Positions 40,201 through 54,480 of a stretch of DNA of 64,000 nucleotides are shown piece after piece. The DNA comes from Eledone cirrhosa (taxonomy: Eukaryota): the NCBI GenBank assembly GCA_964016885.1, contig OZ024745.1, positions 9,424,001-9,488,000 on the forward strand, in the 5' to 3' direction. A program made the position numbers and the translations under genes. How positions within the stretch are numbered: position 1 is the stretch's first letter; the number at the start of each line of letters is the position of its first letter. Below the pieces are notes generated by a model. It had not been told where the DNA came from. It saw nothing but the letters and a program-made list of their open reading frames with translations, and did not search any database.

Positions 40201-43200
40201 AGCCCGCCTGATAATGAACCACATCCTATGTAGCCCACCTTATGATGAGGAACATACTATGTGACCCACCTTATAATGAGCTACATCCTATGTGACCCAC
40301 CTTATAATGAACCACATCCTATGTGGCCCACCTTATAATGAGCCACATCCTATGTAGCCCACCTTATGATGATCCACCTTCTATGTGATCCAATTTATAA
40401 TGAGCCACATGCTATGTGGCCCACCAATAATGAGGCACATCCTATGTGGCCCACCTTATAATGAGCCACATCTTATGTAGCCGACCTTGTAATAAGTCAC
40501 ATCCTATGTGACCCACCTTATAATGAGCCACATCCTATGTGACCCACCTTATAATGAGCCACATCCTATGTGACCCACCTTATAATGAACCACATCCTAT
40601 GTGGCCCACCTTATAATGAGCCACATCCTATGTAACCCACCTTATAATGAGCCACATCCTATGTGACCCACCTTATAATGAGTGACATCCTATGTAGCCC
40701 ACCTTATGATGATCCACATCCTATGTGGCCCACCTTATGATGAGCCACATCCTATGTGTCCCACCTTATATTGAACCACATCCTATGTTGGCTTCTTATT
40801 ATGAGCCACATCCCATGTGGCCCACCTATAATGAGCGACATCCTATGTGGCCCACCTTATAATGAGCCACATCCCATGTGGCCCACCTATAATGAGCCAC
40901 ATCCTATGTGGCCCACCATATAATGAGCCACATCCTATGTGGCCCACCTTATAATGAGCCACATCCTCTGTGACCCACCTTATAATAAGCCAGACCCTAT
41001 GTGGCTCACCTTAGGATGAGCCACATCCTATGTGGTCCACCTTATAATGAGCCACATCCCATGTGGCCCAACTATAATGAGCCATATCCTATGTGGCCCA
41101 CCTTATAATGAGCCACATCCTATGAAGCCCACCTTATAATGAGCCACATCTTATTTAGCCCACCTATAATGAACCACATCCTATGTTGGCCCCTTATGAT
41201 GAGCCACATCCTATGTGGCCCACCTTATAATGAGCCACATCCTATGTGACCCACCTTATGATGATCCACATCCTATGTGGCCCACCATATAATGAGCCAC
41301 ACCCTATGTGACCCAACTTATAATGAGTCACATCCTATGTGACCCACCTTATAATGATCCACATCCTATGTAACCCACCCTATAATGAGCCATATCCTAT
41401 GAAGCCCACCTTATAATGATCCACATCCTATGTGGCCCACCTATAATGACCCACATCCTATGAAGCCCACCTGATAATGAGCCACATCCTATGTAGCCCA
41501 CCTTATGATGAGGCACATCCGATCTAACCCACCTATAATGAGCCACATCCTATGTGGCCCACCTTATGATGATCCACCTTCTATGTGATCCAATTTATAA
41601 TGAGCCACATGCTATGTGACCTACCTATAATGAGCCACATGCTATGTGGCCCACCTTATAATGAGCCACATCTTATGTAGCCGACCTTGTAATAAGCCAC
41701 ATCCTATGTGACCCACCTTATAATGAGCCACATCCTATGTGACCCACCTTATAATGAGCCACATCCTATGTGACCCACCTGATAATGAGCCACATCCTAT
41801 GTAGCCAACCTTATAATGAACCACATCCTATGTTGGCCCCTTATGATGAGCCACATCCTATGTGGCCCACCTTATAATGAGCCACATCCTATGTGACCCA
41901 CCTTATGATGATCCACATCCTATGTGGCCCACCATATAATGAGTCACATCCTATGTGACCCACCTTATAATGAGCCATATCCTATGAAGCCCACCTTATA
42001 ATGATCCACATCCTATGTGGCCCACCTATAATGACCCACATCCTATGAAGCCCACCTGATAATGAGCCACATCCTATGTAGCCCACCTTATGATGAGGCA
42101 CATCCTATGTAACCCACCTTATAATGAGCCACATCCTATTTGACCCACCTTATAATGAGTGACATCCTATGTAGCCCACCTTATGATGATCCACATCCTA
42201 TGTGGCCCACCTTATGATGAGCCACATCCTATGTGTCCCACCTTATATTGAACCACATCCTATGTTGGCTTCTTATAATGAGCCACATCCTATGTGGCCC
42301 ACCTTATGATGAGCCACATCTTACGTAACCCACCTATAATGAGCCATATCCTATGAAGCCCACCTTATAATGATCCACATCCTATGTGGCCCACCTATAA
42401 TGACCCACATCCTATGAAGCCCACCTGATAATGAACCACATCTTATGTAGCCCACCTTATAATGATCCACATCCCATGTAACCCACCTTATAATGAGCCA
42501 CATCCTATGTAGCCCACCTTATGATGAGGCACATACTATGTGACCCACCTTATAATGAGCCACATCCTATGTGACCCACCTTATAATGAACCACATCCTA
42601 TGTGGCCCACCTTATAATGAGCCACATCCTATGTGGCCCACCTTATGATGATCCACCTTCTATGTGATCCAATTTATAATGAGCCACATGCTATGTGACC
42701 TACCTATAATGAGCCACATGCTATGTGGCCCACCAATAATGAGGCACATCCTATGTGGCCCACCTTATAATGAGCCACATCTTATGTAGCCGACCTTGTA
42801 ATAAGCCACATCCTATGTGACCCACCTTATAATAAGCCACATCCTATGTGACCCACCTTATAATGAGCCACATCCTATGTGACCCACCTTGTAATGAACC
42901 ACATCCTATGTGGCCCACCTTATAATGAGCCACATCCTATGTAACCCACCTTATAATGAGCCACATCCTATGTGACCCACCTTATAATGAGTGACATCCT
43001 ATGTAGCCCACCTTATGATGATCCACATCCTATGTGGCCCACCTTATGATGAGTGACATCCTATGTAGCCCACCTTATGATGATCCACATCCTATGTGGC
43101 CCACCTTATGATGAGCCACATCCTATGAAGCCCACCTTATAATGAACCACATCCTATGTTGGCCCCTTATAATGAGCAACATCCTATGTAGGCCACCTTA

Positions 43201-46200
43201 TGATGAGCCACATCCTATGTGGCCCACCTTATAATGAGCCACATCCTATGTGACCCACCTTATGATGATCCACATCCTATGTGGCCCACCTTATGATGAT
43301 CCACATCCTATGTTGGCCCCTTATAAGGAGCCACATCGTATGTTGGCCCCTTATAATGAGCCACATCCTATGTAGCCCACCTATAATGAGCAACATCCTA
43401 TGTGGCCCACTTTATGATGAGCCACATCCTATGTGGCCCACCTATAATGAGCCACATCCTGTGAGGCCCACCTTATATTGAACCACATCCTATGTTGGCT
43501 TTCTATAATGAGCCACATCCTATGTAACCCACCTTATAATGAGCCACATCCTATGTAGCCCGGCTTATGATGAGGCACATACTATGTGGCCCACCTTATA
43601 ATGAGCCACATCCTATGTGACCCACCTTATAATGAGCCACATCCTATGTAACCCACCTTATAATGAGCCACATCCTATGTAGCCCACCTTATGATGAGGC
43701 ACATACTATGTGGCTCACCTTATGATGAACCACATCCTTTGTGACCCACCTTATAATGAGCCACATCCTATGTGACCCACCTTATAATGAGCCACATCCT
43801 ATGTAACCCACCTGATAATGAGCCAGAGCCTATGTAGCACACCTATAATGAGCCACATCCTATGTGGCCCACTTTCTAATGAGCCACATCCTATGTGACC
43901 CACCTATAATGGGCCACATGCTATGTGACCTACCTATAATGAGCCACAGCCTATGTAGCCCACCTTATAATGAGCCACATCATATGTAGCCCACCTTATA
44001 ATGAGCCAGGGCCTATGTAGCCCACCTATAATGAGCCACATCCTATGTGGCCCACTTTCTAATGAGCCACATCCTATGTGACCCACCTATAATGAGCCAC
44101 AGCCTATGTAACCCACCTTATAACGAGCCACAGCCGTTGTGGCCCACTTTATAATGAGCCACATCCTATGTGACTCACCTATAATGAGCCACAGCCTATG
44201 TAGCCCACCATATAATGAGCCACAGCCTATGTAGCCCACCATATAATGAGCCACAGCCTATGTAGCCCACCATATAATGAGCCACAGCCTATGTAGCCCA
44301 CCTTATAATGATCCACATCCTATGTAGCCCACCTATAATGTAACATCCTATGTGGCCCACCTTATGATGAGCCACATCCTATGTGACCCACCTATAATGA
44401 ACCAAACCCTATGTGACCCAACTTATAATGAACCACATCCTGTGTAGCCCACCTTATGATGAGCCACATCCTATGTGACCCACCTATAGTCAGCGACATC
44501 CTATGCGGCCCACCTTATATTGAACCACATCCTATGTTGGCTTCCTATAATGAGCCACAGCCTATTTAGCCTACCTATAATAAGCCACATCCTATGTAGC
44601 CCACCTATAATGAGCCACATCCTATTTAGCCTACCTATAATGAGCCACATCCTATGTGACCCACCTTATAATGAGCCACATCCTATGTAGCCCACCTATA
44701 ATGAGCCACATCCTATTTAGCCTACCTATAATGAGCCACATCTTATGTAGCCCACCTTATAATGAGCCACATCCTATGTGACCCACCTTATAATAGGCCA
44801 CATCCTATGTGACCCACCTTATAATGAGCCACATCCTATGTAGCCCACCTTATGATGAGCCACATCCTATGTGACCCACCTTATATTGAACCACATCCTA
44901 TGTTGGCTTCTTATAATGAGTCACATCCCATGTGGCCCACCTTATAATGAGCCACATCCCATGTGGCCCACCTATAATGAGCCACATCCTATGTGGCCCA
45001 CCTTATAATGAGCCACATCCTATGTGGGCCACCTTATAATGAGGCACATCCTATGTAACCCACCTTATAATAAGCCAGACCCTATGTGGCTCACCTTAGG
45101 ATAAGCCACATCCTATGTGGCCCATATTATAATGAGCCACATCCCATGTGGCCCAACTATTATGAGCCATATCCTATGTGGCCCACCTTATAATGAGCCA
45201 CATCCTATGAAGCCCACCTGATAATGAGCCACATCCTATGTAGCCCACCTTATAATGAACCACATCCTATGTTGGCCCCTTATGTTGAGCCACATCCTAT
45301 GTGGCCCACCTTATAATGAGCCACATCCTATATGACCCACCTTATGATGATCCACATCCTATGTGGCCCACCATATAATGAGCCACATCCTATGTGACCC
45401 ACCTATAATGAGCCACAGCCTATGTGACCCACCTTATAATGAGCCACATCCTATGTGACCCACCTTATAATGAGCCACATCCTATGTAACCCACCTTATA
45501 ATGAGCCATATCATATGAAGCCCACCTTATAATGATCCACATCCTATGTGGACCACCTATAATGACCCACATCCTATGAAGCCCGCCTGATGATGAACCA
45601 CATCCTATGTAGCCCACCTTATGATGAGGCACATACTATGTGACCCACCTTATAATGAACCACATCCTATGTGGCCCACCTTATAATGAGCCACATCCTA
45701 TGTGGCCCACCTTATGATGATCCACCTTCTATGTGATCCAATTTATAATGAGCCACATGCTATGTGACCTACCTATAATGAGCCACATGCTATGTGGCCC
45801 ACCAATAATGAGGCACATCTTATGTAGCCGACCTTGTAATAAGCCACATCCTATGTGACCCACCTTATAATGATCCACATCCTATGTGACCCACATTATA
45901 ATGAGCCACATCCTATGTGACCCACCTTATAATGAACCACATCCTATGTGGCCCACCTTATAATGAGCCACATCCTATGTAACCCACCTTATAATGAGCC
46001 ACATCCTATGTGACCCACCTTATAATGAGTGACATCCTATGTAGCCCACCTTATGATGATCCACATCCTATGTGGCCCACCTTATGATGAGCCACATCCT
46101 ATGTGTCCCACCTTATATTGAACCACATCCTATGTTGGCTTCTTATTATGAGTCACATCCTATGTGGGCCACCTTATAATGAGCCACATCCCATGTGGCC

Positions 46201-49200
46201 CACCTATAATGAGCGACATCCTATGTGGCCCACCTTATAATGAGCCACATCCCATGTGGCCCACCTATAATGAGCCACATCCTATGTGGCCCACCATATA
46301 ATGAGCCACATCCTATGTGGCCCACCTTATAATGAGTCACATCCTCTGTGACCCACCTTATAATAAGCCAGACCCTATGTGGCTCACCTTAGGATGAGCC
46401 ACGTCCTATGTGGTCCACCTTATAATGAGCCACATCCCATGTGGCCCAACTATAATGAGCCATATCCTATGTGGCCCACCTTATAATGAGCCACATCCTA
46501 TGAAGCCCACCTATAATGAGCCACATCCTATGTAGCCAACATTATAATGAACCACATCCTATGTTGGCCCCTTATGATGAGCCACATCCTATGTGACCCA
46601 ACTTATAATGAGTCACATCCTATGTGACCCACCTTATAATGATCCACATCCTATGTAACCCACCTTATAATGAGCCATATCCTATGTAGCCCACCTGATA
46701 ATGAGCCACATCCTATGTGGCCCACCTTATGATGATCCACCTTCTATGTGATCCAATTTATAATGAGCCACATGCTATGTGACCTACCTATAATGAGCCA
46801 CATGCTATGTGGCCCACCTTATAATGAGGCACATCCTATGTGGCCCACCTTATAATGAGCCACATCCTATGTGACCCACCTGATAATGAGCCACATCCTA
46901 TGTGACCCACCTGATAATGAGCCACATCCTATGTAGCCAACCTTATAATGAACCACATCCTATGTTGGCCCCTTATGATGAGCCACATCCTATGTGGCCC
47001 ACCTTATAATGAGCCACATCCTATGTGACCCACCTTATGATGATCCACATCCTATGTGGCCCACCATATAATGAGTCACATCCTATGTGACCCACCTTAT
47101 AATGAGCCATATCCTATGAAGCCCACCTTATAATGATCCACATCCTATGTGGCCCACCTTATAATGACCCACATCCTATGAAGCCCACCTGATAATGAGC
47201 CACATCCTATGTAGCCCACCTTATGATGAGGCACATCCTATATAACCCACCTTATAATGAGCCACATCCTATTTGACCCACCTTATAATGAGTGACATCC
47301 TATGTAGCCCACCTTATGATGATCCACATCCTATGTGGCCCACCTTATGATGAGCCACATCCTATGTGTCCCACCTTATATTGAACCACATCCTATGTTG
47401 GCTTCTTATAATGAGCCACATCCTATGTGGCCCACCTTATGATGAGCCACATCCTATGTGACCCACCTTATGATGATCCACATCTTATGTAACCCACCTT
47501 ATAATGATCCACATCCTATGTGGCCCACCTATAATGACCCACATCCTATGAAGCCCACCTGATAATGAACCACATCCTATGTAGCCCACCTTATAATGAA
47601 CCACATCCCATGTAACCCACCTTATAATGAGCCACATCCTATGTAGCCCACCTTATGATGAGGCACATCCTATGTGACCCACCTTATAATGAGCCACATC
47701 CTATGTGACCCACCTTATAATGAGCCACATCCTATGTGACCCACCTTATAATGAACCACATCCTATGTGGCCCACCTTATAATGAGCCACCTTCTATGTG
47801 ATCCAATTTATAATGAGCCACATGCTATGTGACCTACCTATAATGAGCCACATGCTATGTGGCCCACCAATAATGAGGCACATCCTATGTGGCCCACCTT
47901 ATAATGAGCCACATCTTATGTAGCCGACCTTGTAATAAGCCACATCCTATGTGACCTACCTTAAAATGAGCCACATCCTATGTGACCCACCTTATAATGA
48001 GCCACATCCTATGTGACCCACCTTATAATGAACCACATCCTATGTGGCCCACCTTATAATGAACCACATCCTATGTAACCCACCTTATAATGAGCCACAT
48101 CCTATGTGACCCACCTTATAATGAGTGACATCCTATGTAGCCCACCTTATAATGAGCCACATCCTATGTGACCCACCTTATAATGAGTGACATCCTATGT
48201 AGCCCACCTTATGATGATCCACATCCTATGTGGCCCACCTTATGATGAGCCACATCCTATGTGTCCCACCTTATATTGAACCACATCCTATGTTGGCTTC
48301 TTATAATGAGTCACATCCTATGTGGGCCACCTTATAATGAGCCACATCCCATGTGGCCCACCTATAATGAGCGACATCCTATGTGGCCCACCTTATAATG
48401 AGCCACATCCCATGTGGCCCACCTATAATGAGCCACATCCTATGTGGCCCACCTTATAATGAACCACATCCTATGTGGTCCACCTTATAATGAGCCACAT
48501 CCCATGTGGCCCAACTATAATGAGCCACATCCTATGTGACCCACCTTATGATGAGCCACATCCTATGTGGCCCACCTTATAATGAGCCACATCCTATGTG
48601 ACCCACCTTATGATGATCCACATCCTATGTGGCCCACCATATAATGATCCACATCCTATGTGACCCACCTTATAATGAGCCACATCCTATGTGACCCACC
48701 TTATAATGATCCACATCCTATGTAACCCACCTTATAATGAGCCATATCCTATGAAGCCCACCTTATAATGATCCACATTCTATGTGGCCCACCTATAATG
48801 ACCCACATCCTATGTAACCCACCTATAATGAGCCACATCCTATGTGGCCCACCTTATGTTGATCCACCTTCTATGTGATCCAATTTATAATGAGCCACAT
48901 TCTATGTGGCCCACCTTATAATGAGCCACATCTTATGTAGCCGACCTTGTAATAAGCCACATCCTATGTGATCCACCTTATAATGAGCCACATCCTATGT
49001 GACCCACTTTATAATGAGCCACATCCTATGAGACCCACCTTATAATGAACCACATCCTATGTGGCCCACCTTATAATGAGCCACATCCTATGTAACCCAC
49101 CTTATAATGAGCCACATCCTATGTGACCCACCTTATAATGAGTGACATCCTATGTAGCCCACCTTATGATGAGCCACATCCTATGTGTCCCACCTTATAT

Positions 49201-51000
49201 TGAACCACATCCTATGTTGGCTTCTTATAATGAGTCACATCCTATGTCGCCCACCTTATAATGAGCCACATCCCATGTGGCCCAACTATAATGAGCCACA
49301 TCCCATGTGGCCCACCTTATAATGAGCCACATCCCATGTGGCCCACCTTATAATGAGCCACATCCTATGAGACCCACCTTATAATGAACCACATCCTATG
49401 TAACCCACCTATAATGAGCCACATCCTATGTAACCCACCTATAATGAGCCACATCCTATGTGACCCAACTTATAATGAACCACATCCTGTGTAGCCCACC
49501 TTATGATGAGCCACATCCTATGTGACCCACCTATAGTGAGCCACATCCTATGTGACCCAACTTATAATGAACCACATCCTATGTAACCCACCTATAATGA
49601 GCCACATCCTATGTAGCCCACCTATAATGAGCCACATCCTATGTAGCCCACCTTATAATGAGCCACATCCTATGTAACCCACCTATAATGAGCCACATCC
49701 TATGTGACCCACCTATAATGAGCCACATCCTATGTAGCCCACCTATAATGAGCCACATCCTATGTAGCCCACCTTATAATGAGCCACATCCTATGTGACC
49801 GACCTTATAATGAGTCACATCCTATGCAGCCCACCATATGATGAGCCACATCCTATGTGACCCACCTCCTATGTGACCCACCTTATAATGAGCCACATCC
49901 TATGTAGCCCACCTTATGATGAGGCACATCCTATGTGACCGACCTTATAATGAGTCACATCCTATGCAGCCCACCATATGATGAGCCACATCCTATGTGA
50001 CCCACCTTATAATGACCCACCTCGTATGTGACCCACCTTATAATGAGCCACATCCTATGCAGCCCACCATATGATGAGCCACATCCTATGTGACCCACCT
50101 TATAATGACCCACCTCCTATGTGACCCACCTTATAATGAGCCACATCCTATGTAGCCCACCTTATAATGAGCCACATCCTATGTGACCCACCTTATGATG
50201 AGGCACATCCTATGTGACCGACCTTATAATGAGCCACATCCTATGCAGCCCACCATATGATGAGCCACATCCTATGTGACCCACCTCCTATGTGACCCAC
50301 CTTATGATGAGGCACATCCTATGTGACCCACCTTATAATGAGCCACATCCTATGTAGCCCCCCTTATGATGAGGCACATACTATGTGGCTCAGATTATTA
50401 TGAGCCACATCCTATGTGGCTCGCCTTATAATGAGCCACATCCTATGTGGCCCACCTCTGATGAGCCACATCCTATGTGGCCCACCTATAATGAACCCAT
50501 CCTATGTGGCCCACCTATAATGAGCCCATCCTATGTGGCCAGCCTTATAATGAGCTACATCCTATGTGGCCTGCCTTATAATGAGCCACATCCTATGTGA
50601 CCCACCTATAATGAGTCACATCCTATGTGGCCAGCCTTATAATGAGCTACATCCTATGTGGCACACCTTATAATGAGCCACATCCTATGTGGCCCACCTA
50701 TAATGAGCCCCATCTTATGTGGCCAGCCTTATAATGAGCTACATCCTATGTGGCCTGCCTTATAATGAGCCACATCCTATGTGACCCACCTATGATGAGC
50801 CACATCCTATGTAACCCACCTTATAATGAGCCACATCCTATGTCGCCCACCTTATGTTGAGCCACATCCTATGTGGCCAGCCTTATAATGAGCCACATCC
50901 TATGTGGCCTGCCTTATAATGAGCCACATAATATGAGGCCCACCTTATGATGAGCCACATCCTATGGGGCTCACTACTCGTCAAAGGTTGCCCATGCCTG
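31203..51000. mobile_element. hAT-type MITE inflated to about 19.8 kb by an internal satellite
   Basis: Left TIR CAGTCATGGGCAAACT at 31203; right end AGGTTGCCCATGCCTG (reverse complement CAGGCATGGGCAACCT, 14/16); 8-bp flanks ATCTAAAG (31195-31202) and GTCTAAAG (51001-51008). Confidence 0.8.
31299..50970. repeat. 30/31-bp satellite TGAGCCACATCCTATGTGGCCCACC(T)TATAA, roughly 640 units, with multi-kb higher-order structure
   Basis: Period 31/30 counted directly; rare variants recur at a 5175-bp offset. Confidence 0.98.
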
Positions 51001-51162
51001 GTCTAAAGACTCAACAAAATAACATATCTGATATATTGTTCAGTTTCCATTTCAATGTATTTTATGTTGCTTTTTTTTTTCCAATTGCTCTAAAACTGGT
51101 ATAAAATAAAATATAAGATGAATTTAATGAAGTTATAACTAAATATGAGTTTCCTTCTCAAT

Positions 51163-52145
51163 CTCTTTATAACTGGTTGCAATCCTTTATTCTCAGTCAA
51201 AAAGTAGTCACGGTTATAGGACAGCATTCTTCACCCTATGAGATGTCATCAGGTGTACCGCAGGGAGCTGTTCTTGATCTCCTTTTGTTGCATATATTAA
51301 TGACATAGATGTCAACTTAAAGAATTCCACAATGCTGAAATATGCAGATGACATCAAGCTGTACCTTCAGATATAAATGACAGATCCTTTAATACTATAA
51401 ATCTTTCCTGCAATCAGACCTGGACAAAATGCAGCAATGAATCACGGACTGGCAACTCAAGCTGGCTGTGGACAAGTGTACCACCATGCATTTTGGGAGG
51501 AAAAACCTAGCATCCACATACTCCCTCCACAACACTAATCTCAAGAAATCTTCTTGTGAACGTGACCTGGGCATTAGCCAGCAGCGATTTGCGTTGAACT
51601 AAGCGCATCTCTAAAATTGTCAAGAAGGCCGAGTAGTAAGTCCTTTGTCATCCACTCTCCAACTATCTATTTAAAGCTATATATAGCTATTGTGCGGCCA
51701 CACTTAGAATTTACATCACATGTCTGGAACCATATCTTGCTCAGAACATTGACCTCCTGGAAACTGTTCAGACGTGCAACCAAGCAAATACTTTCTATAA
51801 GGCATCTACCATACTCTGAATGCCTTGCTTCCCTGGGCATGGATACATTGAAGCTCCGACATCTGGCAACCTACTTGGTAAACACCCACAAAATTATTAA
51901 CCATCTTGCCAACAACAGCCCTGAGCACCTTTTTAAATTCCATGTGTCTAACACACGTGGACATGCTTACAAAGTCAGAAAACAGTACAGCCCCCAAGGC
52001 TTTCAGAAACATTTTTTCACGCTCAGAGTTGCTGAAACATGGAACAAACTACCTGCATCAGTTGTTAGCTGTTGAGACACTGCATCCTTTAAAATCTCCA
52101 TGCTTCCTGAGATTTGCCAACACTACACATGATATCCACTCTCCA

Positions 52146-52209
<64 letters not shown>

Positions 52210-52332
52210 ATCATGACGACTCATACAGTGTTCACTTTCCTGATATTTGCACATTATTCTATATACTATACATGCATCTTTGATGAGTTGTAGTGCACCT
52301 GAGCACTGTTCACAATAATTTCATTATTATTA
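51163..52332 (+). mobile_element. 5'-truncated CR1-like LINE
   Basis: GVPQG and KYADD remnants, VRPHLEF, TRGHAYK, FFTLRVAETWNKLP; 3' end cacaataatttcattattatta; several stops and frameshifts. Confidence 0.9.
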
Positions 52333-52574
52333 GTATATTCTTGTTTATGTGTATTGAGTGAATAACAATGCTTTTCGCGTTTGTTTCTGTTTTCACAGGG
52401 AGGCTTATAAACTAATTATAATAATGATAATAATAATCAATGTCCTTTTATCCATGCTTGCATGAGTTGGACTTACATTTAAATATATACATACTTTACA
52501 CACACATACACATAATGATGATATATATCTGTAAAAGTAAACAAATAACAAAGCAAACGACACAGTAATAATAA

Positions 52575-52755
52575 TTGTTTCTACATTTGACACAAGGCCA
52601 GCAATTACCCAGTGCATTACTGGTACTTTATTTTATCGACCCCGTAAGGATAAAAGTCAAAGTTAACCTCGACGGGATTTGAACTCAGACCGTAAAGGGA
52701 CATAACTATGCTGGGAAGCATGGCGTCCGACCCTCTACCGATACTGCCAATCCAA
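52575..52755 (-). mobile_element. SINE (same subfamily as 4136 and 7790)
   Basis: gtttctac..cacaaggccagcaattacccagtgcattactggtactttattttatcgacccc...gatactgccaatcc. Confidence 0.85.
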
Positions 52756-52939
52756 ATAATATATATATATATATATATAGGGCATCCAGTCATAGAAACG
52801 AAGCTGAAACCAGTTTTGTCTGAGCAAGACGGGGTCATCTGACCTGGCTTGACTCACAACAGGGTAACTCGTCTCACCTATGCTAGCACGAAAAAATGAA
52901 CATTAAATGATGATATATATATACATACCAAAATACACT

Positions 52940-53412
52940 ACCCCTACCCCCATCTACACCACCCCTTTCGATGTAAAGCTATGTTGGTATCACAACATCC
53001 AGTCCTAAATAAATGAGATCGTGTAGGTCTCACGACAAAAAAATACACAGTCCACGCTGTAATGTGGCCGTGTAGGTAACACGGTAAAAACCTCCCAGTC
53101 CACACTGTAAACGTGGTTGGTGTTAAGAAGGGCATCCAGCTGTAGAAAACCCGCCAGACGTGTAGGTGTCACGACAAAAAAATACACACAGTCCACGCTG
53201 TAATGTGGCCATGTAGGTAACACGGTATAGACCTCCCAGTCCACACTGTAAACGTAGTTGGTGTTAGGAAGGGCATCCAGCCGTAGAAAACCCGCCACAC
53301 AGTCTTATACGAGCAGGACCACCAATCTTGCCTCAAGTGAGAAAACTCCCGTCCAAACCCATGCAAGCGTGGAAGATGGACGTTAAATGATGATGATGAT
53401 GATGATGATGAT
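52940..53412 (+). mobile_element. RTE 3' UTR fragment with internal duplication of about 139 bp and (GAT)n tail
   Basis: Collinear with 26660-26982; block 53021-53159 is repeated at 53160-53298. Confidence 0.85.
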
Positions 53413-54214
53413 AGTGTGTTGTGCTAAAGTATTTATCATTTAAATATTAAAGTAATATATTTTGTTACTATAGCAACGTTTTATTTTTTAGTTTGTTCAT
53501 AGTTATATCTTTTTATGATGAACGTTAAATATAAATAATAACATCTTTGTATAAACTTATATAAAGAGATTATGATATACCCATGAAATATATCCTATCC
53601 TTCATAAGTAAGTAAGTTGGCAACAGTAAGAATACTCTGTCCCAGTATGCCAATGAAATACTCTGTACAAAAGTTGTACAATATCATCATTTAACATACG
53701 CTTTCCTGCTAGCAAAGGTTGTTCAATAAATAAATAAAATACAAAAAGGATTTTTTAAATATTGGCATGATATCTATTTATATTGATGAAAAATAGAAAG
53801 CTGTTATATATATATCATGGTAGTCGTGGTAACCATTTAAAGCAATACCATGTGTCCCAGTTTTTTAGAATAAATACACAGTATCCCTGTATGTTGTGAG
53901 AGGTGACTAGATGAGTTGGCATTAACTGTAAAACATTCTCAAAACATCCTGTCCAACACATGCCAGCATGGACAATTAAACATAAAGACAATTTTAAAAC
54001 ACATCCTAGTAATTGCAGGTTTAACTGTGTTGTTGAGAAGTTTCCTGTCTTGGGTTCCATCTCACGGTATAGCACCTTGGGCACCTATAGTTTAAAAAAT
54101 GAGGCAGAGGGTAAAATATAATTATAAACCATAATTGGCCCCTTTATTCAATGTTTAAATAATACACTCATCTTTAAAGTGTTAACAAATAGGAGCAGGG
54201 GGGTGGGGTTAAGG

Positions 54215-54480
54215 AATTTGTTTAGCAATCTGTTGGTTCTGAGTTTAGTTCTACTGTGTGGTACTTTTGACAAGTGTTTTCCTCTATAGCCTCAGATTGA
54301 CCAATGTCTTGTGAATGGAATTTGGTAGACAGAAATGGCAGAAGCCTGTGTGTGTGTGTGTCATTATATAGCAGTTTGACCAAGTGATTGATAAAACAAG
54401 TACTGGAGTCAATGCGATTGATTAAAAACAAGGTGGTTCCTCAGTATGGCTGCAGTCTACAGACAAAAACAAGTAAAGTG
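54215..54480 (+). mobile_element. tRNA-derived SINE (second family), degenerate
   Basis: caagtgttttcctctatagcctc..ttgtgaatggaatttggtagacagaaa..cagtatggctgcagtc. Confidence 0.6.

Noticed and set aside
31299-50970. CRISPR-like appearance (about 30-bp palindromic repeats)
   Set aside because: No unique spacers, no cas genes, eukaryotic context; units are directly head-to-tail.
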